From assembly GCA_022707885.1 (NCBI GenBank), contig JAKIZT010000001.1:2990-66989 (forward strand): DNA of 64,000 nt, in the 5' to 3' direction. Shown one piece after another: positions 1 through 10,194 of this stretch. The notes under the pieces were generated by a model, which searched no databases, was not told the origin of the DNA, and saw only the letters and a list, made by a program, of their open reading frames with translations. The DNA comes from Caldisericales bacterium. GTDB lineage: Bacteria > Caldisericota > Caldisericia > JAAYUI01. The position numbers were made by a program, and so were the translations under genes. Position 1 is the first letter of the stretch. Each line of letters begins with the position of its first letter.

Positions 1-250
1 CAAGAGTCATCATGAAGCCGTTGTTTGACCTTATGAGGACGTATTCAGCATCACCTTTTCCAGCAAGCTCGGATGTTGCGGCAGTAAGCCCAAGGACAGA
101 CGTTGATGATGCAGCGAGGGAATCATTTTTATCTGGATTATAGTCAGGATACGCCGTTATAATGAGGCCGTCTGATGATGCAACCAGTATCTTGTCGCAA
201 TACTGGATTTTTGAAAAAGCCTCTGACAGTAACCCGTTTATCTCGCTCAT
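1..250 (-). CDS. Roadblock/LC7 (MglB-like) domain protein, N-terminal portion; the gene runs off the window edge
   Basis: Minus-strand ATG at 250..248 forms an ATGA overlap with the stop of the upstream roadblock gene. The translation MSEINGLLSEAFSKIQYCDKILVASSDGLIITAYPDYNPDKNDSLAASSTSVLGLTAATSELAGKGDAEYVLIRSNNGFMMTL shows the roadblock/LC7 pattern. It is absent from the ORF track because it has no stop within the window. Confidence 0.55.
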   Translation of the reverse strand, partial: MSEINGLLSEAFSKIQYCDKILVASSDGLIITAYPDYNPDKNDSLAASSTSVLGLTAATSELAGKGDAEYVLIRSNNGFMMTL

Positions 251-669
251 AGAATTGCTTCCTTGATTCTCGCCTCAACTTTTCCCATCAAATATCTTGC
301 TTTTCCAATGTTTCCATCAGACCTCAGGCAGACTATCTGGAAAAATGGAGTTTCACCAATTTGAGAAGTCAGGATATGGTAATTTTCTGTCGAAAAGATC
401 GAACTGTGAAGTTTCCCTGCGTTTATCTCCCTCCCTGCCTTTGAAACCATTGAGACAATTGAGGCGAATTCGGCCCCTACCATACTCATGTCAACCGAGC
501 TGTCTTTTGCGAGGGTCGAGATTGTCAGGCCATCACTACCTGCAACGGCCGCAGCAACGAATTCGGGGAGCTCGTCCTTCAATCCTTCAAGAATTGTGTC
601 CAGTTCCACTTTGTCCTCCTTCATATTGGTGATATCGCACATCTTATGCAATTCTTTTTTCATAGTCAA
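247..669 (-). CDS. Roadblock/LC7 (MglB-like) domain protein, 140 aa
   Basis: ORF-track protein with the motifs VAAAVAGSDGLTIS ... IFSTENYHIL ... LRSDGNIG typical of the roadblock/LC7 fold. It is translationally coupled to a second roadblock gene downstream. Confidence 0.65.
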   Translation of the reverse strand: MTMKKELHKMCDITNMKEDKVELDTILEGLKDELPEFVAAAVAGSDGLTISTLAKDSSVDMSMVGAEFASIVSMVSKAGREINAGKLHSSIFSTENYHILTSQIGETPFFQIVCLRSDGNIGKARYLMGKVEARIKEAIL

Positions 670-727
670 GCCCCGACCTTGTTTTGTCCTTTCATTTTAT
701 CGACGCTCTGTTATAATTCTCCAGAAT

Positions 728-2149
728 ATGTCAAGCATTGCATCAACATTTGTTTCTAGCGGTTTTGCCAGGTCCATCCTCAGGGCAAGCTATCCTCTTT
801 CGAAGCTTGCCATCGACAGCATTGGTGGAAGAAGAAAACCGAAAGGGTTCCAAAAAATCTACGTCTGGGCCTTCTCGGCAGTCATGAGGTCCTACATGGC
901 CTCCCTTGGCGTGCCATGGGCAGAAGTGAAGAAAACACTCTCCGATCCAGGGATTGCGCGTTGCTTTGATCTTGTTGTAAGAAGCATCATCGAATATGGC
1001 CTCAAAAAACCAATTGTTCTTTCTGCGCCATTTTCAGTGGTCTACAATTTGACAAACAAGTGCAACCTGAGGTGCGTGCACTGCTTCCAGAGCGCAGACT
1101 CATCACTTGGTGACCTCATGACAAAGGAGCAGAAATTCTCGATCATCAAACAGATGGCCGATTTTGGAACAGCGGCCATAACATTCTCTGGTGGAGAGCC
1201 ACTCCTCTCGCCAGATTTTTGGGACTGTGTCAGATATGCCACTGAAAATGGCATATATTGTTCCATAGATACCAATGGCACCCTTATCGATGACAGTGTT
1301 GCCGAAAAACTTTTCAAGGCAGGCTTAAGGTCTGCCCAGGTTTCGATTGATTCACCATTTCCTGAAAAACATGATGAATTCAGGTGCATGAAGGGCGCAT
1401 TCGACCTTTCCATGCGTGGTGTGAAGGCAATGAAAAAAGCGGGTCTTTTTGTTTCAATGGGCGTGACTCTCACCTCAAACAATATTGGGCTCATAGATGA
1501 TTTTGTTGCGCTAGCAAAAAAGCACTCCTTCAACAGGATTGTTTTCTATCATCTCATACCTGTTGGAAGAGGTGAAGAGATATCGGACCTTGACCTTACA
1601 CCAAAGGCCCGTGCCGAAGCCATGGAAAAACTGGCCAGGATGCAGGACCCGGACATCGAGATAATGTCTGAAACACCCCACTATGCAACCGAAACATCCA
1701 TGATTGGCGGAGATTGCCAGCAAAAATTGCCTGCCTCGAACTGCTTTCCTATAACAGCATTCTTTGACATGGGGCCTTCCAGAAAATTCTTCAGGGCGTT
1801 CAAGAACATCCTTGGGGGCTGCCCTGCGGGAAGGCTCTATGGCAATATACAGCCAAACGGTGACTTGACCCCCTGCATGTTCTCGCCATTTGATCCGGTA
1901 GTTGGAAATCTCACAAGACAGAGCTTCAAAGAGGCCTGGGAAGGTTTCAGCATCATGTGGGATAGGACAAAGCTGACCGGTTTTTGTGGCGAATGCTCAC
2001 ATTCCATCGATTGTGGAGGATGCAGGGCAAGGGCAGTTGCAAAAGGAAACTTGATGGGGCCAGATTATGGTTGCTTCACGGCCCGATACTTCTCGGAGGC
2101 AAGGCGTGGACATAGAAAAGATAAAGCAGGAAGCGTTAAATCTTGTTGA
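728..2149 (+). CDS. Radical SAM/SPASM-domain enzyme (maturase-like), about 473 aa
   Basis: A CNLRCVHC (CX3CX2C) motif is preceded by VVYNLTNK, and a C-terminal Cys-rich SPASM region reads GFCGECSHSIDCGGCRARA. The ORF-track start at 488 would be antisense inside the roadblock gene, so I place the start at ATG 728 (MSSIAS...), downstream of a TATAAT near 701..706. An N-terminal extension of about 95 aa precedes the rSAM motif. Confidence 0.7.
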   Translation: MSSIASTFVSSGFARSILRASYPLSKLAIDSIGGRRKPKGFQKIYVWAFSAVMRSYMASLGVPWAEVKKTLSDPGIARCFDLVVRSIIEYGLKKPIVLSAPFSVVYNLTNKCNLRCVHCFQSADSSLGDLMTKEQKFSIIKQMADFGTAAITFSGGEPLLSPDFWDCVRYATENGIYCSIDTNGTLIDDSVAEKLFKAGLRSAQVSIDSPFPEKHDEFRCMKGAFDLSMRGVKAMKKAGLFVSMGVTLTSNNIGLIDDFVALAKKHSFNRIVFYHLIPVGRGEEISDLDLTPKARAEAMEKLARMQDPDIEIMSETPHYATETSMIGGDCQQKLPASNCFPITAFFDMGPSRKFFRAFKNILGGCPAGRLYGNIQPNGDLTPCMFSPFDPVVGNLTRQSFKEAWEGFSIMWDRTKLTGFCGECSHSIDCGGCRARAVAKGNLMGPDYGCFTARYFSEARRGHRKDKAGSVKSC

Positions 2150-3131
2150 GCAATCAAAAAGCTCCAAAGAGCTTGAAGATTTAAGGGTAAGATTTCTTGG
2201 CAGAAAAGGCGAACTGACTTCACTCCTCAGAGAACTTGGTAACCTCTCTCCAGAAGACAGAAAGTCTGCCGGCGCAAACCTCAACAGCGCCAAGGAAGAG
2301 ATCGAGGCAAAAATTGAATCCAGACTCTCCGACATATCCAGAAAAGAGATGCAGGAGAAGCTTTTTGCAGAAAAGATAGACATTACAATGCCGGGCAGGC
2401 CCGTAATGAAGGGCGCTATGCACCCCCTGTCCATTGTTGCCGAAGACATAACCGAAGTATTCCACAAGCTTGGCTTCGTTGTGAGGCAGGGGCCAATAAT
2501 CGAATCTGATTGGTACAATTTCGAGGCCTTGAACATTCCGCAATGGCATCCGGCAAGGGCCATGCAGGACACTTTTTATATCGAAGGTAACAAGCTCCTA
2601 AGGACCCACACCTCGCCTGTCCAGATAAGGACAATGGAGAGCGAGAAGCCGCCAATAAGAATGATTGCCATGGGGCTTTGCCATCGCAGGGACGCAACAG
2701 ATGCCTCCCACTCGCCATTTTTCCATCAGGTCGAGGGTCTGATGATCGACCGCCATATCTCTTTTTCTGATCTTGCAGGAATATTGTCCGTCATCCTTTC
2801 AAATGTTTTTGGCGGCAACGTAAAAGTAAAATTCCTTCCGTCGTTCTTCCCGTTTGTGGAGCCTGGAGCAGAAACTCTAGCTTCGTGCCCATTCTGTGAC
2901 GGAAAGGGGTGCAGGGTCTGCCAGAACAGTGGCTGGATTGAAATGGGTGGGTCCGGAATGGTGAACCCAAAGGTGCTGAAAAATGTTGGCTATGACCCGG
3001 AAGAGTATCAGGGCTTCGCTTTTGGCTGGGGAATAGAGAGAATAGCAATGCTTAAATTTGGTATCAGCGATATAAGAGACTTCACCACCAATGATCTCAG
3101 GTTCCTTTCCCAGTTTGGAGGTGTCAGATGA
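2067..3131 (+). CDS. pheS: Phenylalanine--tRNA ligase alpha subunit
   Basis: Class II aaRS motifs are visible: MPGRPVMKGAMHPL, FFPFVEPGAE and GWGIERIAML. An alternative GTG start at 2106 is possible. The 5' end overlaps the rSAM 3' end. Confidence 0.9.
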   Translation: MVASRPDTSRRQGVDIEKIKQEALNLVEQSKSSKELEDLRVRFLGRKGELTSLLRELGNLSPEDRKSAGANLNSAKEEIEAKIESRLSDISRKEMQEKLFAEKIDITMPGRPVMKGAMHPLSIVAEDITEVFHKLGFVVRQGPIIESDWYNFEALNIPQWHPARAMQDTFYIEGNKLLRTHTSPVQIRTMESEKPPIRMIAMGLCHRRDATDASHSPFFHQVEGLMIDRHISFSDLAGILSVILSNVFGGNVKVKFLPSFFPFVEPGAETLASCPFCDGKGCRVCQNSGWIEMGGSGMVNPKVLKNVGYDPEEYQGFAFGWGIERIAMLKFGISDIRDFTTNDLRFLSQFGGVR

Positions 3132-5539
3132 AGCTTTCTTATCGCTATCTGAAAAGTGTTGTTCCGTGGGACATTGACCTGGAAACCATTCAGGAAGGCT
3201 TCAAGATATTGGGTCTTGAAGTCGAGGACCTTCAAAAAAGAGACAAAGTCAGGGGCTCGGTTTTTGGAAAAATAGCCGAAATAAGGCAGGCAACAGAAAA
3301 ACTGCACATAGCAAAAATAGAAATCGCACCAGGAAAAATCATCGAAGTTGTGACCAATTCCGACAGGGTGAAACCAGGGCAGATATATCCGGTGGCAATT
3401 CATGGAACGCGCATCGGTGATGTCACAGTCGAGCCAAGAAACATAAGGGGATTTGCTTCAGAAGGGGCAATCCTTTCTGCCCAGGATTTTGGTGTTGACC
3501 CGGAAATCCTTCCACAGGCAGAGAGGGAAGGCCCGTGGCAAATGCCGGATGATACACCTCTGTTCACGGACCCGGCAGAATCATTCTGGCTCTCAGATTC
3601 GATACTGGACATCAAGATAACGCCAAACCATCCAGAATGGCTCTCCCTCCGCGGGCTCCTCCACGAGGTTGCCGCAATCCTCTGGAGGAAAACCGGCAAG
3701 GTATATGAAGCCCCATCACTGGGGACATCGAAAAATGTTTCCAATGAAAACACCTGCTCGGAGTTCAGGATCGACATAGAAGACCATGAGGACTGCCAGA
3801 GATACATCGGGGTATTGGCAAATGTAACCGTTGCACCATCCAGATTTGAAACCAGAAGAAAGTTGCTGGCTTCAGGAACAAGGCCAATAAACAATGTTGT
3901 CGACGCCTCCAATCTTTCCATGTATGAGGACGGACAGCCAACCCATGCCTTTGATGCAGACAAAATAAGGAGTGGCGTGGTAAGGGTCGCAAGAATAAAA
4001 GCTCCGATGAAATTCAAGACCCTTGACGACAAGGAACGCGACCTTCCGGTTGGCACCCTTATGATCTGGGACGGCGAGAAGCCGGTTGGAATAGCCGGCA
4101 TCATGGGTGGACAGGACTCGGAAGTCACTTCTGCAACAAAAAGGATTTTCCTTGAATCTGCAAACTTCAACCCTCTTCTCATAGCAAAATCCAGCTCGCT
4201 CCTTGGAATAAGGAGCGAGGCTTCAACAAGATACGAAAAGGGCGCAGATGTGGAGGTCGCCGAGGACACCGCCTGGAAAGTCATCTCGATGATTGGAACA
4301 AGCGGATGCGTTCCGGTAGAAAGCTACAACAAAAAAGAAAGGCGCCAGGTCCAGATGAGGGTCAAGAGGATGAAAAAGATACTGGGTTTTGATCTTGATC
4401 CGGAGAAAATAAAGGAAGGCCTTGGCACCCTTGGAATTGATATCAAGGTTGGAGACCCTCTGCTGGCCACTATCCCGGGGTTCAGGGACAATGACCTCAG
4501 GGACGAAATTGACCTCATCGAGGAAGCAATAAGGGTCATAGGATATGACACAATCCCCACTACTTTCCCAATAATCGAGGAGAGGATCGTCACCGAAACC
4601 CCGATTTTCCTTCTTGAGAGAAGACTCAAAAAAGTCTTGTCCGGAATGGGCTTTTACGAGTGTGTTTCAAAACCCATGACCTGCGAGGACGAGCTCAAAT
4701 TGATGAAGCTCGAAACGCTGATCCCAAACGCCCCTAAGGTCCTCAACCCTATGACAACAGACTCAACAATCATGAGGCCTGTTTGCGAGCTAGGCGTCCT
4801 TGTGGCATCTTCATACAACGCCAGACAGGGCAATTCTGCCATGGCACTGTTTGAGGTGGGCTCACAGTTCGGGCCTGAATGCCGCAGGCTGGTCATGCTC
4901 ATGACTGGCAAAAGGCCCTCTGGATGGGACTCCCAGCTCAAGGCAAAGGAAACCGAAGGCAAGAAAGACAATATCGAAAACTACGACTTTTTTGACATGA
5001 AGGGCTCGCTGGAGGCACTGTTTGATCTTCTTTGCGTTTGTGGTGTTTCATACAGACCATCAAACCAGCTTCATCTCCATCAATACAGGCAGGCCGAAAT
5101 AGCGATCTCTGGCAATCCGATAGGTTATATCGGCCAGCTCGATCCGCAGGTAAATGAAAACCTGCAGGTCACAAGTCCTGTAATCATTGCAAATATAAAC
5201 ATAGAAAACCTTCTTCCGCATGTTCCGGAAGTGATTGTTGCAAAACCTGTCCCGAGGTTCCCGATGGTCCTGAGGGACATAGCTGTTCTTGCACCTGAAA
5301 CAGTCCCATGCTCCCAGATCGAATCAACAATTAAAGACCACGCCGGCAACAATCTCTCATCGATAAGGCTTTTTGACCAGTTTGTTGGCGGATTTGCAAG
5401 AGAGGGCAAGCGTTCGCTGGCATTCTCGCTGTCTTTCTATGACCCCGAAGGGACGCTCCTGGGCAGCCAGATTGACGCTGTAATAGAGAAAATCGATCTG
5501 GCTCTCGGAAAAATTGGTGCTTCTGTCAGAAAGGCATGA
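3128..5539 (+). CDS. pheT: Phenylalanine--tRNA ligase beta subunit
   Basis: The 803-aa product starts MKLSYRYLK, as PheT does. Length and domain order are typical. It has an ATGA overlap with pheS. Confidence 0.9.
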   Translation: MKLSYRYLKSVVPWDIDLETIQEGFKILGLEVEDLQKRDKVRGSVFGKIAEIRQATEKLHIAKIEIAPGKIIEVVTNSDRVKPGQIYPVAIHGTRIGDVTVEPRNIRGFASEGAILSAQDFGVDPEILPQAEREGPWQMPDDTPLFTDPAESFWLSDSILDIKITPNHPEWLSLRGLLHEVAAILWRKTGKVYEAPSLGTSKNVSNENTCSEFRIDIEDHEDCQRYIGVLANVTVAPSRFETRRKLLASGTRPINNVVDASNLSMYEDGQPTHAFDADKIRSGVVRVARIKAPMKFKTLDDKERDLPVGTLMIWDGEKPVGIAGIMGGQDSEVTSATKRIFLESANFNPLLIAKSSSLLGIRSEASTRYEKGADVEVAEDTAWKVISMIGTSGCVPVESYNKKERRQVQMRVKRMKKILGFDLDPEKIKEGLGTLGIDIKVGDPLLATIPGFRDNDLRDEIDLIEEAIRVIGYDTIPTTFPIIEERIVTETPIFLLERRLKKVLSGMGFYECVSKPMTCEDELKLMKLETLIPNAPKVLNPMTTDSTIMRPVCELGVLVASSYNARQGNSAMALFEVGSQFGPECRRLVMLMTGKRPSGWDSQLKAKETEGKKDNIENYDFFDMKGSLEALFDLLCVCGVSYRPSNQLHLHQYRQAEIAISGNPIGYIGQLDPQVNENLQVTSPVIIANINIENLLPHVPEVIVAKPVPRFPMVLRDIAVLAPETVPCSQIESTIKDHAGNNLSSIRLFDQFVGGFAREGKRSLAFSLSFYDPEGTLLGSQIDAVIEKIDLALGKIGASVRKA

Positions 5540-7215
5540 ACTCTTGGGAGCTTGCAGAAAAGCTCAATTTCTTGGCAAGGCTTGCAAGATACGCAAATAC
5601 TGGCATAGGCTCGAACCAGTTTCTTGATGCCTCGACAACAATCCGCCATCTGGACGTCGATGAAGTCGAACCCCAGATGGTTGGTTTCCTTTTGGCGCAA
5701 GGATTACTTTCTGAGACAACAGCTTCTGCAATTTCAGAGATAATAAAAACCGGCAACTCTAGCCTTGAGCAGGCATTATTGAAAAAGACTCCAAAAGGTG
5801 TACAGAGCCTTTTGGAAGTTTCAGGTCTAAGCATCCCAAACATTGCAAGACTCTATGAGGATTGTGGAATAGAAACGCTTGAGGAGCTCAGAAAAGCATC
5901 AAGGAGTGGCCTGCTTTCCTCAAGAAAAGGTTTTGGGGAGAGGTTCTCAAGACAAGTGGAGGGAATGGTGACGCAGACCCTCTCTGGAAGAAGGACTCTC
6001 CCGCTTTCAAACGCAATACACCTGGTAAATCTTCTTCAAAGAAAAGTAAAGCATTTTGAAGAGGCATCAAAAGTGTTTGTTGCTGGCGATATAAGGCGGG
6101 GCAAAGAACTGATAGAAAAAATTGATCTGCTTGTTGTCGTATCCAAGCCAACTGTGAAAACGGCACAGGAAATTTCAAAATATCTGGAACTTGGCGAGTG
6201 CACCATTACCAAATATGGTTGTGAAGGCCAGATTTCGGGTGTCCAGGTGAGAGTGCATCTGTGCAGACCAGAATACATTGGCTCTGCAATGTGTCTTGCC
6301 ACTGGCCCAGGCGACCACTACCAGAAGCTCTGCTCGAGGACAATCTTCAAAAACAGGTCAGTCGCTGGATTTTTGCTTGTAAAAGGTGACGAAGAATCTT
6401 TCTACAAACAACTTGGTCTGCCATATATTCCGCCAGAAATACGTGAATGGCCGGACTGTATGGAGCTTTCAGAGGGCAGACCCAGATGGGACCTCGTTGA
6501 AGAAGACGACATCATAGGCGACCTTCATGCACATACACCATGGAGTGATGGCAGGTCAAGGCTTTCAGAGCTTGTAAGACAGGCAGAGCAGATGGGCCTT
6601 GAATACATAACAATCACCGATCATGCCCAAGGGATATCTGTAACAAAGGGACTCTCAGCGCAAGATCTTGAAGCCCAGACAGACAAAATAAGAAAAATGA
6701 ATGCTTTCAAAGGAACAGTAAAGATAGTTCCCGGTATTGAATACAATATTGATGCCGACGGTCATGTCGATTTCCAGACAAGGCAAAAAATCATGAGGAT
6801 TGGAGCGCTACACTCCGGGCTTGGTGATGATCCCTCCATTCTGGAAAACCGTTACCTGAGGGCAATAAGTTCCGGTGCTATTGATATTGTGGCACACCCG
6901 ACACTCCGGAGACTCCTTGTCAGGCCACCCATAGAGATAGACTGGGACATGATTTTTTCGGAATGTTCAAAAACAGGTGTTGCAGTGGAACTGAATTATG
7001 CCCCTGACAAACTTGACCCTCCCTGGCAGGTGGCAAGGATTGCCATGAAGCATGGGTGTACGTTTGCGCTTGGCAGTGACGCCCATTACGCATTACACCT
7101 GAAAGAACTGCCTTCCGGTGTGAAGCTCGCGCGAAGGGCTGGCGTTTCCCGAGAAAATTTGTTAAACTGCAAATCATATGAACAGGTCCGCGAGCTCTGC
7201 TGGAGGGGTCAGTGA
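5536..7215 (+). CDS. polX: DNA polymerase X family protein with C-terminal PHP domain
   Basis: At 559 aa it has N-terminal helix-hairpin-helix/pol beta-like segments and a C-terminal PHP motif (GDLHAHTPWSDG ... ITITDHAQG). It has an ATGA overlap with pheT. Confidence 0.75.
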   Translation: MNSWELAEKLNFLARLARYANTGIGSNQFLDASTTIRHLDVDEVEPQMVGFLLAQGLLSETTASAISEIIKTGNSSLEQALLKKTPKGVQSLLEVSGLSIPNIARLYEDCGIETLEELRKASRSGLLSSRKGFGERFSRQVEGMVTQTLSGRRTLPLSNAIHLVNLLQRKVKHFEEASKVFVAGDIRRGKELIEKIDLLVVVSKPTVKTAQEISKYLELGECTITKYGCEGQISGVQVRVHLCRPEYIGSAMCLATGPGDHYQKLCSRTIFKNRSVAGFLLVKGDEESFYKQLGLPYIPPEIREWPDCMELSEGRPRWDLVEEDDIIGDLHAHTPWSDGRSRLSELVRQAEQMGLEYITITDHAQGISVTKGLSAQDLEAQTDKIRKMNAFKGTVKIVPGIEYNIDADGHVDFQTRQKIMRIGALHSGLGDDPSILENRYLRAISSGAIDIVAHPTLRRLLVRPPIEIDWDMIFSECSKTGVAVELNYAPDKLDPPWQVARIAMKHGCTFALGSDAHYALHLKELPSGVKLARRAGVSRENLLNCKSYEQVRELCWRGQ

Positions 7216-9545
7216 ACGATCATGCACTTAGGGTGCTTGAGTTTGAGAAAATAAAAGAGAAACTCACCGAATTTGCACACACCCAAGGTGGCAGAGACCT
7301 TGTTTTTGTCATGCTTCCTACAAATTCTACCGAAGAAGTCACCAGGTTGCAGAGGGAAACGTCCCAATGCAAAAACCAGCTACTGCGATATGGTCCATTG
7401 CCATTTATCGATGCAAAATCGATAACCGACTACATCAAATCATGCGTCATCGGTTCACCACTCTCGCCTGAGGAGCTGCTTGAGGTATTAAAAACCCTCA
7501 GGTGCTCAAGGTCTGTAAAATCATCACTAGAGGGTTCGAAAGAGGATATTCCTGATGTCTGGGTGGTTGCCTCAAGAATAAAAACACAGCAGGCAATCGA
7601 ACAAATGATTGCAAAGACAGTTGACGAGCATGGAGAAGTCCTTGACTCTGCTTCGGAAAGGCTTGCCTCGATAAGGGTCCAGATGAGGCTTGTACACACA
7701 AAGATACAATCCAAGCTTGGGGAAATAATGAGATCATCTTCATACTCCAAGATGATACAGGACCCGATAATCACAATCCGTGATGACAGGTATGTCATCC
7801 CACTCAAAAGCGAGTATAAAAACCACTTTCCGTGCATAGTCCATGATTCTTCCGCATCGGGCCAAACACTCTATGTGGAGCCACTCTCTGTTATCCCCCT
7901 AAACAATGACCTTAGAAATCTTCGTCTCAGAGAACGCGAGGAAATTGCAGAAATATTGCGGAGAATATCTGACGAAATATCCATGAGATCTGAAGACATG
8001 GAGGTAATTGACGGGGCACTTTCCGGTCTGGACTTCATGTTTGCAAGAGCAGAATTGTCGATAAGATGGAACTGCATCGAGCCGGCCATGGAAGATGGCT
8101 ACAGGCTAAACATCAGGGGTGGGAGACACCCGTTGATAAACAAACCGGTACCAATTGATGTAAGAATTGGCTCCGACTTTAAAATGATCATATTGACGGG
8201 GCCAAACACTGGAGGAAAAACAGCTTCGCTGAAGACTGTCGGTCTTTTTGTGGTCATGGCACAGTGTGGCCTCCACCTTCCATGCGAAGATGGAACAGAA
8301 ATGGGGATTCTTGACGATGTCCTTCTGGATATTGGGGACGAACAAAGTCTTACCCAGAACCTATCGACCTTTTCATCGCACCTGAAAAACATATCGCTGA
8401 TAATAGGGGATGCTTCATCCTCAAAGCTTGTTCTATTGGATGAACTTGGGGCTGGAACTGATCCAACAGAGGGTGCTTCCCTTGCCTATGCAATCGCCGA
8501 ACATTTCTATGCTGTTGGCTGTCCAACAATTATCACGACGCATATCGGCGAGATGAAGGGCTTTGCATACAACAACATAAATGCCGTGAATGCCTCGGTT
8601 GGGTTTGATCATGAAACCCTCATGCCAACCTACAAGATACATATTGGCACACCTGGCTCATCACATGCCTTTGAAATAGCCGAGAGAACGGGTCTTCCTG
8701 ATTCGGTAATATCAAGGGCGAGAGCGCTCATGAGGCCGGAAGACAAAAACAGTGCGGACATAATCTCCAAGATGGCCGAAGACGCCAAGATGATAATGGA
8801 AGAGAGGGAACAGGTCAGCAAGGCCAGGATGGAGGCCGAGGAGCTTCTGAGAAAACGCGAGGTAGAGCTTGTTGAGATAGAACAAAACCGCAAATCAATG
8901 CTTGACCGCGAACTCCTGAAAGCCAGGAAATTTTTTGGCGAAAAACTTGCCGAAGCTGACGAGATAGTCAAAAGACTTGCCAAAGCCTCGAGACAAAACA
9001 AGGAGACGGACACTCTCCAGAAACGCCTCCAGGAAATCCATGAAGAGGTCGCAAAGGCAGAGGAAGAACAACCAAGCACAACTCCTGTCGATGTTGAAGG
9101 CATAAAAGCGGGGGACATCGTTTATGTTCCAAGGTTCAAATCGCAGGGTGTTGTAATGGACGTTTATCCTGAAAAGGGCAAGGTTCTTGTCCAGGTTGGA
9201 ACAGCAAGGGTGCAGTTGCCGGCGGGCAGCGTAGAGCTGGTGAATGAACCCGTGGAAGGAGAAGAAACCGGAAAACCGGAGGTAAGACCAGAAGTCCAAT
9301 CAGTACCGATAAAACTGGAACTCTTTGGCATGCCCATAGAAGATGCGCTGGTAAAACTTGAGAGGTACCTTGACAGTGCCTATTCTGCTGGTATGCCATT
9401 TGTATATATCGTTCATGGCAGGGGTTCAGGGGTCTTGAGAAAAGCCATCCAGGACTATCTGCCGCATTGCCCCCGTGTTGACAGGTTTAACCTCGCCCAG
9501 CCAGACGAGGGTGGTGATGCTGTAACAATCGTTTTCCTAAAGTGA
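7212..9545 (+). CDS. mutS2: Endonuclease MutS2 (MutS domain plus C-terminal Smr domain)
   Basis: A Walker A motif (GPNTGGKTASLKT), a long coiled-coil region and a C-terminal Smr domain (FVYIVHGRGSGVLRKAIQDYL) are present. Confidence 0.85.
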   Translation: MNDHALRVLEFEKIKEKLTEFAHTQGGRDLVFVMLPTNSTEEVTRLQRETSQCKNQLLRYGPLPFIDAKSITDYIKSCVIGSPLSPEELLEVLKTLRCSRSVKSSLEGSKEDIPDVWVVASRIKTQQAIEQMIAKTVDEHGEVLDSASERLASIRVQMRLVHTKIQSKLGEIMRSSSYSKMIQDPIITIRDDRYVIPLKSEYKNHFPCIVHDSSASGQTLYVEPLSVIPLNNDLRNLRLREREEIAEILRRISDEISMRSEDMEVIDGALSGLDFMFARAELSIRWNCIEPAMEDGYRLNIRGGRHPLINKPVPIDVRIGSDFKMIILTGPNTGGKTASLKTVGLFVVMAQCGLHLPCEDGTEMGILDDVLLDIGDEQSLTQNLSTFSSHLKNISLIIGDASSSKLVLLDELGAGTDPTEGASLAYAIAEHFYAVGCPTIITTHIGEMKGFAYNNINAVNASVGFDHETLMPTYKIHIGTPGSSHAFEIAERTGLPDSVISRARALMRPEDKNSADIISKMAEDAKMIMEEREQVSKARMEAEELLRKREVELVEIEQNRKSMLDRELLKARKFFGEKLAEADEIVKRLAKASRQNKETDTLQKRLQEIHEEVAKAEEEQPSTTPVDVEGIKAGDIVYVPRFKSQGVVMDVYPEKGKVLVQVGTARVQLPAGSVELVNEPVEGEETGKPEVRPEVQSVPIKLELFGMPIEDALVKLERYLDSAYSAGMPFVYIVHGRGSGVLRKAIQDYLPHCPRVDRFNLAQPDEGGDAVTIVFLK

Positions 9546-9552
9546 GGTGTAG

Positions 9553-10194
9553 ATGGAACTTGCAGGCAACATCAAAGATTTCTCAGTCATAGAAATATGC
9601 CAGTTTATTTGGATCTCGAAGCGCACCGGCAAGCTCCAGCTTTTTCTGGAGCAGTCCGGAAGGAGATTTGAAGCATCAGTTTTTTTTATGAATGGTGGTA
9701 TAACCGCCGCTTTTGCGGACAACCAGAATGGCAAGGAAGCCTTTTTCGCGATATGCGAGGCAGAAAACGGCAGCTTCAGGTTCATAAGTGATGAAAACAG
9801 CCCTGAAACAAACATCATCGTTTCAATGGACCAGCTGCTCCTGGAAGCCTCTGGAAGAATAAAACTCTATGAAACTTTGAGACGTGAAATTCCTTCTACC
9901 AACATCATCTATTCGCTCTCATTGGAGTTTGAGACCTATGATCTCGTATTTGATTCAAAGCAGTGGCAAGTAATTGGCCTGATAGATGGTGAAAAGTCCC
10001 TTGGCGATATCAGCAAGGATCTTGGCTGGCCAGAATTTGACGCAATAAGGATTTTCTATTCACTTTTGCAGGTCGGGGTCATAAGAAGGGCCGCAGTCAA
10101 ACAAAGAACAGACACAACACAGCCAAAGCAAAACGACCCAAAATCAAAACCATCATTCATATCAAAAATCATTGACTATCTCAGGAAGCTATGA
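9553..10194 (+). CDS. DUF4388-like domain protein
   Basis: The N-terminal pattern GNIKDFSVIEICQFIWISKRTGKLQL matches the DUF4388 signature (GxLxxFxLxDLLQxLxxxxKTGxL). It lies 8 nt after mutS2 and is coupled to the GTPase by ATGA. Confidence 0.55.
   Translation: MELAGNIKDFSVIEICQFIWISKRTGKLQLFLEQSGRRFEASVFFMNGGITAAFADNQNGKEAFFAICEAENGSFRFISDENSPETNIIVSMDQLLLEASGRIKLYETLRREIPSTNIIYSLSLEFETYDLVFDSKQWQVIGLIDGEKSLGDISKDLGWPEFDAIRIFYSLLQVGVIRRAAVKQRTDTTQPKQNDPKSKPSFISKIIDYLRKL

Noticed and set aside
488-727. ORF-track 5' extension of the radical SAM gene (start 488)
   Set aside because: This stretch is antisense to the complete roadblock gene at 247..669. The ATG at 728, downstream of a TATAAT, is the more plausible start.
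3400-4284. 294-aa minus-strand ORF inside pheT
   Set aside because: It is antisense to a confidently identified PheT coding region and has a Ser/Pro-rich low-complexity translation. Its length reflects stop-codon-poor antisense sequence.
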